Positions 19,800-28,537 of a stretch of 64,000 bases of DNA are shown here, piece after piece. Each line of letters starts with the position of its first letter. Position 1 is the first letter of the stretch. The translations under genes were made by a program, and so were the position numbers. The notes beneath the pieces were generated by a model, which did not search any database, was not told where the DNA came from, and saw only the letters and a program-made list of their open reading frames with translations. Source of the DNA: Terriglobia bacterium (GTDB lineage: Bacteria > Acidobacteriota > Polarisedimenticolia > Polarisedimenticolales > JAIQFR01); NCBI GenBank assembly GCA_963748015.1, contig CAVVHE010000009.1:32001-96000 (forward strand), read 5' to 3'.

Positions 19800-20906
19800 A
19801 TGACGGAGCCGAATGCCGGGACCCCCGCCGAGAAGGTTCGGAGCTATCCCTGCCCCGGGTGCGGCGCGCAGCTCGTCTTCGACCCGCGCGGAGGCAGCCT
19901 GAGCTGCCCGTACTGCGGCCGGGCCGAGCCGATCCCTCAATCCGCCGGCGAGGTCCGCGAGCAGTCGTACGAGGAGTACCTGCGCGTCCGCCCCGAGCGG
20001 ATGGCGGAGCCCGCCCCGGGCGCCCTCGAGGCGAAGTGCCCCGGCTGCGGCGCGACCGTGACGTTCCCCGCCCCGCAGACGGCCGGCGAGTGCCCCTTCT
20101 GCGCCACGGTCATCGTCTCGCAGCCGAAGTCGGCCGAGCCGTGGGTCGCGCCCGAAGGAGTGCTGCCGTTCGGGAACACCAAGCAGCAGGCGACGGGCGC
20201 GATCCGGCAGTGGATCGCGACGCGCTGGTTGGCGCCCAACGCGCTCAAGCGCGTCGCCCGTCAGGAGAAGATCCAGGGCGTGTACCTGCCGTTCTGGACC
20301 TTCGACGCGCACACGGTGAGCCACTACGACGGCGCGCGAGGCGAGCACTACTGGGAGACGCAAACCTACAGGGACAATCGCGGCCGGCGCGGCACCCGCC
20401 GCGTCATGCGGACCCGATGGTACCCGGCGTCGGGCACGGTCGAGCGCTGGTTCGACGACGTCGCCGTTCCCGCGACGGAATCCCTCCCCCGGACGCGCCT
20501 CGAAGCCCTCGAGCCGTGGGACCTCGCCGCGACGAAGCCGTACGATCCCGCGTTCCTCTCCGGCTTCAAGGCGCAACGCTACCAGCTCGACACGGCGGCC
20601 GGGTTCGAGGAAGCGAAGGGGATCATGGGCGAGACGATCCTGCTCGACGTGCGCCGCGACATCGGCGGCGACGAGCAGCGCGTCAGCGAAGTGAAGACCT
20701 CGTACTCGGCGATCACCTACAAGTACCTGCTCCTCCCGGTGTGGATCTCCGCGTACCGCTTCCGCGAGAAGGTGTACCAGGTGATGGTGAACGCCCGCAC
20801 CGGCGAGGTCCAGGGCGACCGCCCCTACAGCCCGTGGAAGGTCGCGGCCGTGATCCTGTTGGCGCTTCTCGCCGCGGGCGCCTTCGCGGTCCTCTCGCAG
20901 CGCTGA
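19800..20906 (+). CDS. Zinc-ribbon protein with C-terminal TM anchor
   Basis: Four CxxC pairs (CPGCG, CPYCG, CPGCG, CPFC), plus YLPFW and VNARTGEVQG. Confidence 0.8.
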   Translation: MTEPNAGTPAEKVRSYPCPGCGAQLVFDPRGGSLSCPYCGRAEPIPQSAGEVREQSYEEYLRVRPERMAEPAPGALEAKCPGCGATVTFPAPQTAGECPFCATVIVSQPKSAEPWVAPEGVLPFGNTKQQATGAIRQWIATRWLAPNALKRVARQEKIQGVYLPFWTFDAHTVSHYDGARGEHYWETQTYRDNRGRRGTRRVMRTRWYPASGTVERWFDDVAVPATESLPRTRLEALEPWDLAATKPYDPAFLSGFKAQRYQLDTAAGFEEAKGIMGETILLDVRRDIGGDEQRVSEVKTSYSAITYKYLLLPVWISAYRFREKVYQVMVNARTGEVQGDRPYSPWKVAAVILLALLAAGAFAVLSQR

Positions 20907-20932
20907 CGTTCCCGGCCGGCAACCAAGTCGTC

Positions 20933-20961
20933 TTGACGTCATGACGTCATGGCGTTAGGTT
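20933..20961 (+). promoter_or_regulatory. Sigma-70 promoter overlapped by a tandem TGACGTCA operator (TA autoregulation)
   Basis: TTGACG-N17-TAGGTT, 6 nt before the ATG at 20968. TGACGTCA occurs twice (20934-20949), followed by TGGCGTTA. Confidence 0.7.
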
Positions 20962-20967
20962 GGTTTC

Positions 20968-21201
20968 ATGGGAACCACGCACAAGAGAGCCACGATCTAC
21001 TTCGACTCCCAGATCCATCGGGCACTCCGGCTGAAGGCCGCGGAGAGCGATCGCTCCATCTCCGATCTCGTCAACGAGGCGGTCAAGAGCAGCCTCGCCG
21101 AGGACGCCGACGACCTGGCGGTCTTCGAGCAACGGGCGGCGGAGCCGCGGCTCTCGTTCGAGGTGGTGGTCAAGGACTTGAAGCGGCGTGGCAAGCTATA
21201 G
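20968..21201 (+). CDS. CopG/ribbon-helix-helix antitoxin
   Basis: KRATIYFD...HRALRLKAAE..RSISDLVNEAV. Overlaps the toxin gene. Confidence 0.88.
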   Translation: MGTTHKRATIYFDSQIHRALRLKAAESDRSISDLVNEAVKSSLAEDADDLAVFEQRAAEPRLSFEVVVKDLKRRGKL

Positions 21202-21448
21202 GCTGCTCATCACCGCCTCGGCGGCGAAGGAGCTCGAGTCGGTCGAGTCGAAGAAGGACCGTCAGCGCCTCGTCGCCCGCATTCGCTCCCTCGCGACGAG
21301 CCCGCGCCCGCCGGGTTGTCAGAAGATCGCCGGCACGGAGAAGCATCGCACCCGCCAGGGGAACTACCGGATTCTCTATCTGGTGGACGACGGCGACGCG
21401 ACCGTCACGATCGTCAAGATCGGGGATCGCAAGGAAGTCTACCGCTAG
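21188..21448 (+). CDS. RelE/ParE-family toxin
   Basis: SAAKEL...PRPPGCQKI...RQGNYRILY...IGDRKEVYR. Confidence 0.9.
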   Translation: MASYRLLITASAAKELESVESKKDRQRLVARIRSLATSPRPPGCQKIAGTEKHRTRQGNYRILYLVDDGDATVTIVKIGDRKEVYR

Positions 21449-21458
21449 CTCGATCGGT

Positions 21459-21743
21459 TCAGCGGCGGGTTGGGCCAGCGGCCTTTCGGGCACAGTATCG
21501 AGGCAGCTCCTCGCGCAAGATACGTCGCAAGGTGTCCTCCAGTCTGTCGTCTTGCGCCGCAATGAACGCCCGAAGCGCCTCGTTGATCGACGTCTGGTAG
21601 CTTCCTCCCCCGGCTTTGTGCACCTGGTCGCGGAACCACTGCAGAACTTCATCGTCGATTCGAATCGTGATTCGAGTCTTGCCGCGGCTGGTCGGGAGGA
21701 CAGCGCCCCGCTTTCCGTGACTGAAGTCGTACTCTTTCTTCAT
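21459..21743 (-). CDS. BrnA-family antitoxin
   Basis: MKKEYDFSHGKRG...KTRITIRIDDEVLQWFR...YQTSINEALR. Confidence 0.88.
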   Translation of the reverse strand: MKKEYDFSHGKRGAVLPTSRGKTRITIRIDDEVLQWFRDQVHKAGGGSYQTSINEALRAFIAAQDDRLEDTLRRILREELPRYCARKAAGPTRR

Positions 21744-21842
21744 CGCTGTTCCCTTTACCGGCGCCGTTCGCCAACAGGCGAAGTCGATTCCGTGCTTTCG
21801 CCGATTCGCGGCGGCCTTTCGAGGATCCCACTCGAGGCTGAT
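21740..21842 (-). pseudogene. BrnT toxin remnant (internal deletion, no start codon)
   Basis: The minus strand reads ISLEWDPRKAAANRRKHGIDFA (BrnT-like N-terminus). It joins directly to a C-terminal-like ERRR*REQR* in another frame. Confidence 0.75.
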
Positions 21843-21847
21843 GTTCT

Positions 21848-21876
21848 AGTGTATGTACAATTATGCATATTGTCAA
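21848..21876 (-). promoter_or_regulatory. Sigma-70 promoter of the brnTA locus with an imperfect palindromic operator
   Basis: TTGACA-N17-TACACT on the minus strand, containing TATGCATAATTGTACATA. Confidence 0.8.
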
Positions 21877-22019
21877 GACACGAGAAGGCGGGATGCGGCC
21901 ACTGCGACCTTTCGTCCGCGGTTGGAAACTACGACCTCATCCTGAGCTGTAGAGCTGTTTTGGCTTCAAACCTGGTTTCGTAAGAGAAACCGCCGGCATC
22001 CGGGTACGATCCAGGCCGT

Positions 22020-24599
22020 TCACTCCGCCCGGAGCACGTCGATCGGGCGGCGGGAAAGCGCGCCGAGGCTGGCGGCGATTCCGGCGAGCACGGAGAGGGC
22101 GACGGTCGCGCCGAGCGCGATCGCGAAGGCGGCGGGTTGTGACCGCCAGGGCGTGTCCATTCCCTTGGTGAGGACCGCCCAGGCGAGGACGCCGCCGCCC
22201 GCGGCGCCGATCGCTCCCGCGACGAGGCCGATCAGCGCGTACTCGACGGAGAAGACGGCGACGACGCCGCGCCGCGTCATGCCGAGCGTCTTGAGAAGCG
22301 CGACCTCGCGGCCGCGGCGGGCGGACCCGGCGCTGACCGCGCCGGCGAGGATCGCGATCCCGGCCGCCACGGTGAAGCCGCCGAGGAGACGGATGCCGAG
22401 GCCGATGCGCTCGAGGATCGCCGCGATCTTCTCGAGGATCTCGCGGATCTTGATGAGCATGACGTTCGGGTAGGCGGCGGCGAGCCGGTCCTGGATCGCC
22501 TGCTCGCGCCCGGCGGGAAGCTGGGCGGTCGCCACGCGGTTCTGCGGCGCGCTCTCGAGCACGCCGGGCTCGACGACGAGGAAGAAGTTGATCCCGAACG
22601 TCTTCCACTCCACGGTGCGCAGGCTCGTGACCCACACCTCGACCGGCACGCCCTGGACGTCGAAGGTGATCGTCGAGCCGAGCCGCACGCCGAGCTCTCC
22701 CGCGAAGTCGCGCTCGATGCTGACCTCGGGGTGCCCGGGGTCGCTCCAGAGCGAGCCCTCGACGACGACGTTCCCCGCGGGGAGCTTGTCGAGGTAGGTC
22801 AGGCGCTGCTCGCGGGTCAGCGCCCAGCGCCCGTGCCGCTCGCCGCGCCCCTCGCCGCGCCGCTCTTCATGTCGCTCGTCGTGCCGCTCCTCCACGACGG
22901 CCTTCGGGACCGGCTTGCCGTCGAGCGCCACGATGCGGGCGGTCACGACGGGAACCGATTCGATCTGCTCGGCCCCCTGGTCTTCGAGCAGCTTCTTGAT
23001 CCCGGGCCACTGGTCCTTCTGGATGTCGATGAAGAACGCCGTCGGCGCGGCCGTCGGCAGGTCCGCGCGGAGCCGGTCGGAGAGACCGCGCTGCACGAGC
23101 CAGAGGCCGAGGACCACCAGCACGCCTAGCCCCAAGGCCACGATCGCCCCGATCGTCCCCGCCCCGGGGCGCGCGACCGCGGAGAGGCCGTGCCGGATCC
23201 ACACCTTCGCGAATCTCCGCGGCAGCCGTCCCACCGCGCGGGCGAGGAGCGCCGCGGCGAGTGCCAGCGCCGCGGTCGCCGCGACGATCCCGGCGGCGAA
23301 GCCGGCGCCGAAGATCGCCCTGCCGGACTGAATCCACGCGGTCGCGAAGATCCCGGCCAGCACGGCCGCCGCGACCAGCGCGCCCGTCAAGCGGCTCCCG
23401 GCGAGCACGTCGGCGTCGCGGCGCAGCACGCGCGACGGCGGGATGCGGCGCAGCCCGACGAGAGGCGGCAGGCTGAAGAAGAACGCGACCGTGACGCCGA
23501 GCGCGATGCCGCGCGCCGCGGCGAGCGGCTCCCAGGACGACGCGACGTACGACGGCAGCGTTCCCTCGAGCAACAGCGGGAACACGGCCCCGATCGCGGT
23601 CCCGAGGACGGCGCCGCAGAGGCTGCCCGCGAAGCCGAGGAGGATCGTCTGCCCGAGGTAGACGGCCAGGATCTCGCGCGGCCGCATGCCGAGGCATTTC
23701 AGGATCGCGATCGCGTCGAGCCTCCCCGCGATCCACGCGCGAACCGTCTGCGCCACGCCGATCCCGCCGACGAGGAGCGAGAGGAGCGCGACCAGTCCGA
23801 GGAAGCTGGCCGCGCGCCGGAGCCCTTCCCGCAGCTCGGGCCTGGCGTCCGAGTAGGTCTCGACCTCGAAGCGTCCGGTGCCGCCGGCCAGCGCGGAGCG
23901 GATCCGAGTCGCCAGCGCCTCGATCCGAGCCGCCGGCGTCCCCTCCGGCACCTTGACCAGGACGCGGCGGCCGATGCGGCTGCCGAACGCCTCGAGGCCC
24001 GTCCGTTCGAGGCCTTTCATCGAGACGATCACGCGCGGGCCGAGGGTGAAGCCGACGTTCATCCGGTCTGGCTCCGACGCCACCGTCCCTCGGACGCGGA
24101 ACGTCGCGCTTCCGATCTTCAGCTCGCCGCCCACCGCGAGGCCGAGGCGCGAGAGCAGCTCTGGAGCCGCGACCGCCCCTTCGGGATCGAGCAGCTCCTC
24201 GAGCGGCCGCGCGGGCGAGAGATCCAGCGCCCCGTAGAACGGATAGCGCCCGCCGACCGCCTTCAGCTCGACGAGCGCGCTCGGCCCCGGCGCGCCGTCG
24301 GGGCGAACGGCGGCGACGACGCTCGGCAGCTCCCGGATGTCGGCCCGCTCGGCGTCCTCCTCCGCCGCGAGGAGGTCGTCCACCGCTTTCGGGACCTGCT
24401 GGCGTCCCCCGATGCGCAGGTCCGCGGCGAGGAGCTGCCGCGCCTCCCTGCGGATGTTGCGGTCGATGCCGGACGAGAGCCCCGCGACCGCGACGACCGC
24501 CGCGACCCCGACCGCGAGGCACGCGGAGAAGAAGACGAGCCGGCCCCGCGAGCCGCGCGATTCTCGGCGCAGGTGGCGGAGGTACCGCGACCACGTCAT
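22020..24599 (-). CDS. ABC transporter permease, YbbP-like
   Basis: Duplicated FtsX-type halves, LKAVGGRYPFYG and INFFLV. Context of ybbA and tesA. Confidence 0.88.
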   Translation of the reverse strand: MTWSRYLRHLRRESRGSRGRLVFFSACLAVGVAAVVAVAGLSSGIDRNIRREARQLLAADLRIGGRQQVPKAVDDLLAAEEDAERADIRELPSVVAAVRPDGAPGPSALVELKAVGGRYPFYGALDLSPARPLEELLDPEGAVAAPELLSRLGLAVGGELKIGSATFRVRGTVASEPDRMNVGFTLGPRVIVSMKGLERTGLEAFGSRIGRRVLVKVPEGTPAARIEALATRIRSALAGGTGRFEVETYSDARPELREGLRRAASFLGLVALLSLLVGGIGVAQTVRAWIAGRLDAIAILKCLGMRPREILAVYLGQTILLGFAGSLCGAVLGTAIGAVFPLLLEGTLPSYVASSWEPLAAARGIALGVTVAFFFSLPPLVGLRRIPPSRVLRRDADVLAGSRLTGALVAAAVLAGIFATAWIQSGRAIFGAGFAAGIVAATAALALAAALLARAVGRLPRRFAKVWIRHGLSAVARPGAGTIGAIVALGLGVLVVLGLWLVQRGLSDRLRADLPTAAPTAFFIDIQKDQWPGIKKLLEDQGAEQIESVPVVTARIVALDGKPVPKAVVEERHDERHEERRGEGRGERHGRWALTREQRLTYLDKLPAGNVVVEGSLWSDPGHPEVSIERDFAGELGVRLGSTITFDVQGVPVEVWVTSLRTVEWKTFGINFFLVVEPGVLESAPQNRVATAQLPAGREQAIQDRLAAAYPNVMLIKIREILEKIAAILERIGLGIRLLGGFTVAAGIAILAGAVSAGSARRGREVALLKTLGMTRRGVVAVFSVEYALIGLVAGAIGAAGGGVLAWAVLTKGMDTPWRSQPAAFAIALGATVALSVLAGIAASLGALSRRPIDVLRAE

Positions 24600-25294
24600 G
24601 GGCGGCCCACCCCGGCCTCCTCGCGGTCGATGCGCCCGTCCAGGAGGTGGACCGAGCGGTCCGCGAGGGCGGCGACGGACGGATCATGGGTCACGAGGAC
24701 GAGAGTCGTGCCGGCCTCGCTGCGCAGCCGCGCGAGCAGGTCGAGGACGACGGCGCCCGTGGCGGTGTCGAGGTTCCCCGTCGGCTCGTCGGCGAGGAGG
24801 ATCCTCGGGCGCGGCGCGAAGGCCCGCGCGACGGCGACGCGCTGCTGCTCCCCTCCCGAGAGCTGCGTGGGATAGTGGTGGCCGCGGGCGGCCAGGCCGA
24901 CCTGCGCGAGCAGCTCGTCGGCGCGCTTCTCGGCATCGGGATCGTCGCGAAGCTCCAGGGGCAGGAGGATGTTCTCGCGCGCGGTGAGGTTGTCGAGGAG
25001 CTGGAACGACTGGAAGACGAAGCCGATCGCGGAGCGGCGAAGCAGCGCGAGCGCGTCCTCCGAGAGGTCCTGGATCGGTTTACCCTCGACGAGGACCTGC
25101 CCCTCGGTCGGCCGGTCGAGCCCGGCCATCAGTCCGAGGAGCGTGGACTTGCCGCTCCCGGACGGGCCGACGATCGCCACGAACTCGCCGGGGTTTACGG
25201 CGAGGTCGATCCGGTCCAAGATCGTCAGCATGCGGCCGCCCGAGGGCAGCCGCTTCGTGAGACCGCGAAGCTCGATGCGAGGTGGTGTCGGCAT
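24596..25294 (-). CDS. ABC transporter ATP-binding protein, YbbA-like
   Basis: Motifs GPSGSGKS, HYPTQLSGGEQQRVA and DEPTGNLD. Confidence 0.92.
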   Translation of the reverse strand: MPTPPRIELRGLTKRLPSGGRMLTILDRIDLAVNPGEFVAIVGPSGSGKSTLLGLMAGLDRPTEGQVLVEGKPIQDLSEDALALLRRSAIGFVFQSFQLLDNLTARENILLPLELRDDPDAEKRADELLAQVGLAARGHHYPTQLSGGEQQRVAVARAFAPRPRILLADEPTGNLDTATGAVVLDLLARLRSEAGTTLVLVTHDPSVAALADRSVHLLDGRIDREEAGVGRP

Positions 25295-25997
25295 GAGGCC
25301 TGTTTACCCCATCCTGGCGTTACTTGCCAGTATCCTGCTTCTCGCGGCCGGGTGCGGGGGCGGGCCCGAAGGACCGGCGGAACCCGCCGCCGCGCCCGAG
25401 ACCCCGCCGCGAGAAGCCCCGGCCCCCGAAGATACGCGCGGCCCCCTCGTCATGTTTCTCGGCGACAGTCTCACCGCGGGTCTCGGTTTGTCGGAGGAGC
25501 AGGCCTTCCCCGCCCTGCTCGAAAGCCGCCTTCGCGCCGAGGGGATACCCGTGCGGGTCGTGAACGCCGGCGTCAGCGGCGACACGACGACGGGCGGCCT
25601 GAGCCGCCTCCCCTGGCTCCTGCAGCAGAACCCCGACGTGCTCGTCGTCGGCCTCGGTGCCAACGACGCGCTGCGCGGGCAGTCCCTCGACGTCATCGAG
25701 GAGAACCTGCGCGCGATCGTCGAGCGCGGCCGGGCCGCGGGAGCCCGCGTCCTCCTCCTCGGCATGCGCGTCCCCACGAATTACGGCCCCGATTACGCCG
25801 AGGGGTTCGCGGCGCTCTACGAGCGCCTGGCGAAAGACCTCGGCGTCGAGCGGGTCCCGTTCCTCCTCGACGGCGTCGGCGGGCACCCCGACCTCAACCA
25901 GGAGGACGGCATCCACCCCACCGCGCGCGGCCACGAGATCCTCGCCGACAACGTCCTCCCCCACCTGAAGCGCGTGCTAGAGAAGCTGCAACGCTGA
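25293..25997 (+). CDS. tesA: Arylesterase/acyl-CoA thioesterase I (GDSL/SGNH), probable lipoprotein
   Basis: Motifs GDSLTAG, NAGVSGDTT, GANDALRG and DGIHP, with lipobox-like LAAGC. Confidence 0.9.
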   Translation: MRPVYPILALLASILLLAAGCGGGPEGPAEPAAAPETPPREAPAPEDTRGPLVMFLGDSLTAGLGLSEEQAFPALLESRLRAEGIPVRVVNAGVSGDTTTGGLSRLPWLLQQNPDVLVVGLGANDALRGQSLDVIEENLRAIVERGRAAGARVLLLGMRVPTNYGPDYAEGFAALYERLAKDLGVERVPFLLDGVGGHPDLNQEDGIHPTARGHEILADNVLPHLKRVLEKLQR

Positions 25998-26224
25998 CTT
26001 CAACGGTCCGCGGCCCTCGCCCGTGGGCACCTCCCGCGGCTCCTGTCCGGAGCGACGGGGACCCTTACACGGCCGCGCGAAGGACCGCGCGCGATGGCGC
26101 TAGGGTCCGCGCCATCGCGCTTGCGCGGTTCGAGCGCGGCCGATGTGGGTCGTCGCGGAGGACCGGAGCCGCGGGAGGTGCCCACGGGCGAGGGCCGCGC
26201 GCCGCGATCGCCAGCGAAGCCCGC

Positions 26225-26599
26225 TCAGTACTTCCCGGCTGGTAGAACCTCGAGCCAGTAGCCGTCCGGGTCCTCGATGAAGTAGATCCCCATCGTGGGG
26301 TTCTCGTAGCAGATGCAGCCCATGGACTCGTGCAGGCGGTGGGCCGCCGCGTAGTCGTCGGTCGTGAACGCGAGGTGGAACTCGTTGTCGCCCAGCTCGT
26401 AGGGATCCTTTCGGTCGCGGAGCCAGGTCAGCTCCAGGCGGTGCGGCGTCGTCCCGTCGCCCAGGTAAACGATGATGAAGCTCCCGTCGGGGGGCGACAT
26501 CCGTCGCGTCTCCGCGAGCCCCAGCGCCTTCCCGTAGAACTCCAGGCTCCTGCCCAGGTCCAGGACGTTGATGTTGTTGTGCGCGAAGACGAATTTCAC
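26225..26599 (-). CDS. VOC family protein (lactoylglutathione lyase-like)
   Basis: Motifs HNNINVLDL, LELTW, HLAF and DPDGYWLE. Confidence 0.88.
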   Translation of the reverse strand: MKFVFAHNNINVLDLGRSLEFYGKALGLAETRRMSPPDGSFIIVYLGDGTTPHRLELTWLRDRKDPYELGDNEFHLAFTTDDYAAAHRLHESMGCICYENPTMGIYFIEDPDGYWLEVLPAGKY

Positions 26600-26614
26600 G
26601 GCGGTCCCTCCAGT

Positions 26615-27442
26615 TCACCACGGCCGCGGGCCGCGCAGCTTGCGGAGGCGCATGACCTCCTTCGCGATCTCCTCGATCGCGAGGTACGAGACGTCCACGC
26701 TGTGCCAGCCCTGCTTCTCCATGAGCCGGTTCGCCGCGATGACCTCGTGGGCGATCGCGCGGCGGTCGAGATACTCCTCCTCGCCGCGCATGCCGAGGTC
26801 CTGCGCGCGGGCCTCGCGCACCGCCACGAGCCGGTCCACGTTCACGCGGAGCCCGATCACGCGGTTCGGGGGAAGCCTCAGGAGCTGGGCGGGGGGGTCG
26901 ACGCCGGGGACGATCGGCACGTTGGCCGCGCGGACCCCCTGGAACGCGAGGAAGAAGCAGGTCGAGCTCTTCGAGGAGCGCGAGACGCCCACGATCACGA
27001 CGTCGGCGCGGGAAAGCTCGTGCGGGCGCTGGCCGTCGTCGTGCGTCAGGGCGTAGTCGAAAGCGGTCATCCGGTCGTCGCGGTCCCGCTCGAGGCGCTG
27101 CAGGAGGCCCGGGGTTTCTCCCCGCTTCCGCCTGAACTGGTCGTTGAGGGCCGAGAAGGCGGGGCCGAGAACGTCCACCGTCGGCACGAGGCGGCGCCCC
27201 GAGAGCCTCCGCATCGCCCTGCGCGTCTCCTCGCCGACCAGCGTGTAGAAGACGACCGCCCCGAGCTTCGCGGCCTCGCCGACGAGCTCCTCGACCTCTT
27301 CCGCGGTGCGGACCCCGGCCCTACGCGTCTCCTTGTAGCGCTGCCCCTTGAACTGGACCGCGGCCGCCGAGAGGAGCTGGCTCGCCGTGTCGCCGCGGCC
27401 GTCGGAGACGATCATGATGGTGGGCACTCTCGTTCGCGGCAT
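26615..27442 (-). CDS. PEP synthase/PPDK regulatory kinase-pyrophosphorylase (DUF299)
   Basis: Motifs VSDGRGDTA, HDDGQ, ADVVIVGVSRSSKS and IEEIA. Confidence 0.9.
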   Translation of the reverse strand: MPRTRVPTIMIVSDGRGDTASQLLSAAAVQFKGQRYKETRRAGVRTAEEVEELVGEAAKLGAVVFYTLVGEETRRAMRRLSGRRLVPTVDVLGPAFSALNDQFRRKRGETPGLLQRLERDRDDRMTAFDYALTHDDGQRPHELSRADVVIVGVSRSSKSSTCFFLAFQGVRAANVPIVPGVDPPAQLLRLPPNRVIGLRVNVDRLVAVREARAQDLGMRGEEEYLDRRAIAHEVIAANRLMEKQGWHSVDVSYLAIEEIAKEVMRLRKLRGPRPW

Positions 27443-27499
27443 GGGATCACCTTGGTTCGGAGGATCGTCGGCCGCCCGGCGCGCGCGTTCGAGCGGCGC

Positions 27500-28345
27500 C
27501 TACCAGACGCGCGCGGCGACGGGAACCTGCGCGCGGTCCAGGAGGTGGATTGCGTCCGTCGGGCACGCGGACCGGCAGACCCCGCAACCCCAGCAGTGCC
27601 TCTGGTCCACGGAGACCTTCTCGTCGGCCATGCTCCAGCTCATGGCCCCGAACGGGCACACGCGCTGGCAGTCGCGGCACCCGCCGCAGGCGTCCGCGTC
27701 CACCTCGGCCACGTACTCCGCCCGGAACATCACGGGGATCTCGTGGGTGACGGTCGCCCGCATCGCGAGGCAGTCGGCGCGGTCGCAGTTGCAGATCCCG
27801 CCGATGAACGGCGTCCGGAACGTCCACACCGTGTGGCAGACTCCATCCTTGTCCAGTTCCTTCATGAACGCGAGCGCTTCCGCCTTGGCCATGGTCTCCA
27901 GGCCCGCGGAGTCCGGCCCGGTCAAGAAGCTCCCGTCGAGTCCCTTCAGGATCTCGACGAGCCCGCCGCCGTTCGGCCGCATGCTCACGCCGAAGCAGAA
28001 CCGCTTCTCCTTGCCGGTGGTGATGCGGCGGCAGATGCAGGCGACCCGCACGATCGAGTTTACCATCTCGAGGATTCGCTCGATCTCCTCGATCGGGACG
28101 ACCTGGCCGTAGTGCACCTTCTTCGCCTTGCTGGTCGCGCGCCACGCGACCGCGCGCTTGACGAACCACGGCGCCTGCTCGAGAGCGGTCAAGCTGCGCA
28201 CCTGCTCCGCGATCGCCCCGGGGTCGGCGAAGAACTCCCGGATCATCTCGCGGCGGCGCACGTCGGAGAGCAGGTCTTCCGAGTAGTTGCGAGCGGAGAG
28301 GTACCACTTCTTGCCCTCTCCGTGCTTGAGGCAGAACTCGCACAT
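27500..28345 (-). CDS. 4Fe-4S dicluster-binding protein
   Basis: MCEFCLKHGEGKKWY N-terminus, ICNC, CGGCRDCQRVCP and CWGCGVCRSACP. Confidence 0.88.
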   Translation of the reverse strand: MCEFCLKHGEGKKWYLSARNYSEDLLSDVRRREMIREFFADPGAIAEQVRSLTALEQAPWFVKRAVAWRATSKAKKVHYGQVVPIEEIERILEMVNSIVRVACICRRITTGKEKRFCFGVSMRPNGGGLVEILKGLDGSFLTGPDSAGLETMAKAEALAFMKELDKDGVCHTVWTFRTPFIGGICNCDRADCLAMRATVTHEIPVMFRAEYVAEVDADACGGCRDCQRVCPFGAMSWSMADEKVSVDQRHCWGCGVCRSACPTDAIHLLDRAQVPVAARVW

Positions 28346-28537
28346 GGTGGCCTCCCTCGGATGGACGAGCAGGCCCGGCCGGCGGCGGAGCGACCTGTCT
28401 CCGCCGGATTCCGCCCCGAGGTTACGCCCGGCGGGGGCCGCCGTGCAATACGCCCCGGGTGATACCCTGCGGTCGAGTTTGGGGCCGGAGCGGTTAAACT
28501 CCCACGGTCGGCGGGGATCCTCCGCCGGGGAGACGGG

